Shown piece by piece: positions 60,054-64,000 of a DNA stretch of 64,000 bases. Position 1 is the stretch's first letter; each line of letters starts with the position of its first letter. Location: the NCBI RefSeq assembly GCF_002105155.1, contig NW_019028996.1, forward strand, positions 558,001 through 622,000, written 5' to 3'. A program made the translations under genes and the position numbers. The notes below the pieces were generated by a model that was not told where the DNA came from, searched no databases, and was given only the letters and a program-made list of their open reading frames with translations. Source of the DNA: Lobosporangium transversale. Taxonomy: Eukaryota.

Positions 60054-63000
60054 ATGGTTCCTCCAGTATTGCGTGTATGTTTATTTTATAGCTGCTTCAT
60101 TCGTAATATATCTCAAAGCAACAAAGCAACTGTTTTATATCACTATTTTTGTCAAAGCTAATGGTAAAAAAAAACTTTTATTTCAAAAAAAAAAAAAAAA
60201 AAAAAAAAATTAGCCCATGACAATCGCAACAGCAGCAGGACTAGTTGCTGGTGGCGCTTTTGCCTCTTACACGACCGTATATGCTGATGAATACAATGTA
60301 ACGAAATTCAATTGGGACAATGTCCAAAAATTGTTAAAAAAAAACTCTCGTTACTCGCCAGTTTTATTGATTTTTTTTTTCTTTCAATATGGATTCTTTT
60401 GCGTTAGCAGTATGATGATCGCGAGTATGGACCTCGTCATCACTACCATCGCAATTATAACGAGGATGATAATGAAAACGTGCGGTCGTATGACTCTGAA
60501 CGCCTTCATCCTCATCATTATCATTATCAGCAGCAACGACAGCAGCAGCAACGGCAGAGATTCGCCCCTCAAGAGCAGCGCTTCATGCATCAGCAACAAT
60601 CCTTGATCTCACACGAAGAGGAGCTCTTGCCTGGCCTGCTCTACGTAGCCCTTGCTGGCCTCACCGGATCTCTTGTTGCCCGTCAAAGTAAGTTTATTTT
60701 CAATGATGTATATGATGTGAACACGTCTTTTGTCAAACATAAACTAAAAGAAAACTTATGCGAAACAATTTTTATTTTAAATTTTATTTCAGGAAACATT
60801 TTGATTCGCATGTTCTCGCCATTAGCATTTGCCACTGCTGCGGGTGCATACTTTTTGCCCAGTACCACTCATTCCATCATCGACTCAATTGGTGGAGGAC
60901 CTATGACGTCGACCTGCGCTCAACACCCTGATCTTACAAGCCAAAGGTCTACATCGGCCTCCTATCCTTCCTCGGAGACGTTTGCTACTCCCATATCCTC
61001 CAACGTCCATCCCCGCAAAGGTGAGCTAGCCTCGCGTGCGCGCGATGCTTGGCCTTTGACGGAGTCTCGTGTCGAGCACGCTGCCGATAAGGTCCAACAG
61101 AAAGCCCATGATGCCGCCAGTAAGGTTCAACAGCATCGGAGTGGTTATACATACGATACTGAAGATACCATCGATGATGTACAGAATGAAGCTCAAAAGG
61201 TCCAAAGCAACGCTCCGTTTTGGTTCTACACTACCAAGCACAGAGGAAGTAGTGCGGTCGAGGACACTTCTGAGACAGTCAAGAATAAAGCCAGAAAAGT
61301 CCAGCACTGGGGGGATCAAAAGTTGCATGGTGCAGAGGACAAGCTGCAAGATATGAAGAGTCAAGCCAGAGAGACCCAGAAGGAGGTCAAGGGCTGGTGG
61401 AACGATAAGAGCTCGGAGGCTGGTGAGAAAGCCCATGAGTTGGAGGCAAAGACCAAGGAGGCCTCCAAAGAGGCTAAACAATGGTGGACCGAAAAGTCCT
61501 CCGAGGCCAAAGTGAAGGCCAAAGAGCTCGAGGGTACAGCCAAAGGAGTTACTCAAGAAGCCAAAGAGGCTGCGAAAGAGGCCAAGCATTGGTGGGATAG
61601 AACCTCGACTGAAGTCGACGAGAAGGCCAAAGAGCTTGGAGAAAAAGCCAAAGAGACAACAAAGGAAGTTAAACACTGGTGGAACAAGACCTCGACCGAA
61701 GCAGGACAAAAGGCCCATGAGCTCAAGGACAAGACCAAGGAGATATCCAAGCAAGCAGGTGAAAAGTACGAAGAGGTCAGAGAAAAGACCATAGATGTCT
61801 CCAAGCAAGCTGGCGAGAAGTTTGAAGATATCAAGGAGAAGTCCAAAGATGTTAAAGCTTGGGTAGAGGACAAGGCTCATGATGCTGGAAAGGCAGCTGA
61901 AGACGTTTCCAACAAAGCTGCAGATGTAGCCAAGAAGACGAAGGACTGGGTTTCAGAAGAGAAAGAGATTGTGGATAAGAAGTTGGAGGCCTCAGTCAAG
62001 GATGCAGACCAGTGGTGGGAGAAACAGGCCGCCAAAGAAGCTGCTGCTGAAAAGGAACGTCTCTACAAGGAGGCAGAAATAGTTGCTGAAAAGGCTTCTC
62101 ATATTTCTGACAAGCATAAGCCGTTTTGGTCAAGCCGCTCCAAGTCTGATAAGGACAACGTCGCAGTGCATGCCCACAAGAACGCTTCGACCTACATTTC
62201 TAGCGATAGCTATATGGATGGCCTCTTAGATAACAGGGACATTAATAGCCATGCCTCCACCGCTACTAGCCCAAAAGCCGATGAAGCTGACTTGGAGTCC
62301 AGAATCGAGCGCGACGCATACATGCTGGTCCATCCACGAGAGCCAGAGTACTGGACCAACGGGGAAGAGGTCGGTACTGCCAATGTTCGCGATGCCAATT
62401 ATTACAACTACCCTGGCAGCTTTAATGGCAGTTCTCTAGGCCGTACCTCATGGTGGAGCCGCCAAGGAGCATCTGCTAATGAGCTATCTTCTCTCAAGGA
62501 CAAGGCCGAGTCTTTGGTCTGGGAAACTAAGCAGGCTGCCGAAAGGGCCGCCATTGATCTTGCTGATAACCTAGCCCGTGAACAGGCTGCTCTCGAAAGG
62601 GCTGCTGCAGACGCTAGACGTCGTGCAGAGGAAGCAGCTCTCCGAGCCAAGGCACAGAGTGATATCCTCCTACGTGAGCGCCAGGCAACGCTCGAGCGAG
62701 CTGCCAAAGATATGGAGGCCCGTTTTGCGGCTGAAAAGGCTGCTGCTGAACGTGCAGCTGCAGATGTTAAGGCTAAAGCCGAGGCATGGGAGAATGAGCA
62801 ACGAATGCTGGCTGAGAAGGCAGCCAAGGCAGTAGAGGACCGCGTTGCGCAGGAAAAGATGGCTGCGGAGAAGGCTGCAGGCTCACTCAAGGCTCGTGCG
62901 GAGGCTTGGGCACGTGAGCAGAAGGAAAGGGCAGAGTTAACAGCCAAGGAAGTTCACAACCGCGTCATCCATGAGACCACCCTGGCAGAGAAGAATGCTC

Positions 63001-64000
63001 GTGAAGCCAAAGCCGCCCTCGAGGCCAAAGTCAGGGCCGAGAAGCTCGAGGTTGAGCGCAATACACGCGAACTCGAGGAAAGGATTCGCCTGGGAATGAA
63101 TAAAGAAAAGGCACAAGTAGAAATCCGGGCACGTGAGGAACAACAGGCAAAGGAGCAGAGACTCAAGGATGAAAAGACCACTGCAGCGGAAACAAAGAAG
63201 CGTGCAGAAACTCTGTTGGCAGAAAACAAGCGTGTGGCCGAGCACGATTCCAAGGCCTCTACTTCGTCCGGTTGGAGTTGGCCATGGTCGTCATCCAAGT
63301 CATCCACCTCAAGTTCCTCTAAGCACCACAACGATGAGCATGTACCGGAAACTAGCCAGACTACTAAAGCAGCCTCGAGTGAGGCCAATGCCGAACGTCG
63401 CTCGTGGTGGTCCCCTGGTTCGTCATCATCCTCCAGTGCCGCGGACAGAGCTAGCGAAGTTGGAATCAACGTTGAGGCTGCCGCTAAGAAGGCTGAAAGA
63501 GATGTCAAAGTCCGCGCCTCAGAGACAGGCAAAAAAATGAATGAGACTGCTAAAAAGGCGTATGACAATGTCATCGATGCTGCCACGCCTGGCCGCGAGC
63601 AAATGTCTTCTACTCACACCGCAGCACATGGTCATGAACATGGTGGCTACAGCGAGAACGTACGCACGAATGCCAATGAGCATGGTCTTGTGGATCATAT
63701 CCGTGAAGACCTGCGTCAGACCAAAGAAGACATCCAATACGGCGTTGAACACCTGAAGGAGGCTGTCTTTGGTGGCAGTACAGAACGTACGGGCCAAAAG
63801 GCGGCTGAAGAAGGCAAGAAGTGGTGGAACACAAAGTCCGAACAAATGGATGCCAAGGCCAAGGATACAAAGGCTCAAGTGAACGAAGCAGTGTCAGAGA
63901 GCAAGGGCTGGTGGAATGCACGGGCCAAAGGCGCAGAGAAGAAGTTGGACCATATAGAGAGCGAGGTCCACCAGGGCCTGAACAAAGCGGGAGAGAAGCT
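60054..64000 (+). CDS. ApoO/Mic26-Mic27-like (MICOS) protein with a very long LEA-like repeat and coiled-coil extension; 3' end lies beyond the window
   Basis: Exons 60054-60074, 60214-60297, 60408/60411-60687, 60793->64000 (no stop seen in this frame, hence absent from the ORF track). Presequence-like N-terminus ending 'VYAD', ApoO core 'EELLPGLLYVALAGLTGSLVARQRNILIRMFSPL...GAYFLPSTT', then over 1000 aa rich in K/E/A with WW repeats. Confidence 0.8.

Noticed and set aside
60405..60410. Tandem TAGCAG (NAGNAG) acceptor in the ApoO-like gene
   Set aside because: It would change a single Gln in a low-complexity region, which is common and probably neutral.
61026..63921. Hydrophobic-looking minus-strand ORFs and short plus-strand ORFs in the track
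   Set aside because: Shadows of the long open plus-strand frame encoding the K/E/A-rich protein.

Overview
Gene-dense, intron-rich fungal genomic DNA. Gene content, intron style and the very frequent A/T homopolymer runs suggest an early-diverging fungus, most likely Mortierellaceae (inference). I built 19 protein-coding gene models by hand from splice sites, in order: NOL8-like (runs off the left edge), SEC23, an acid sphingomyelinase-like phosphoesterase, a PA-domain S8 subtilisin, an RD-repeat/SAC3-PCI-like protein, a membrane-anchored GT5-like glycosyltransferase, NDUFV2, PWP1, the YHM2 carrier, Raptor/KOG1, STT3, a 4-TM unknown protein, a GT61-like glycosyltransferase, phosphoglucomutase, a bestrophin, two paralogous type I membrane proteins, a 130-aa orphan, and a giant ApoO/Mic26-like protein with LEA-like repeats. 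That last gene runs off the right edge and is absent from the ORF track. The most unusual signals are the ApoO-LEA fusion, a ~117-nt near-perfect fold-back in its divergent promoter region, the standalone type II membrane GT5, the GT61 with altered active-site motifs, the paired receptor-like proteins, two GC-AG introns in one gene, and introns that carry poly(A) instead of a polypyrimidine tract before the AG. I found no tRNA, rRNA, CRISPR array or intact transposon. Exon coordinates were read manually and may be off by a few bases.
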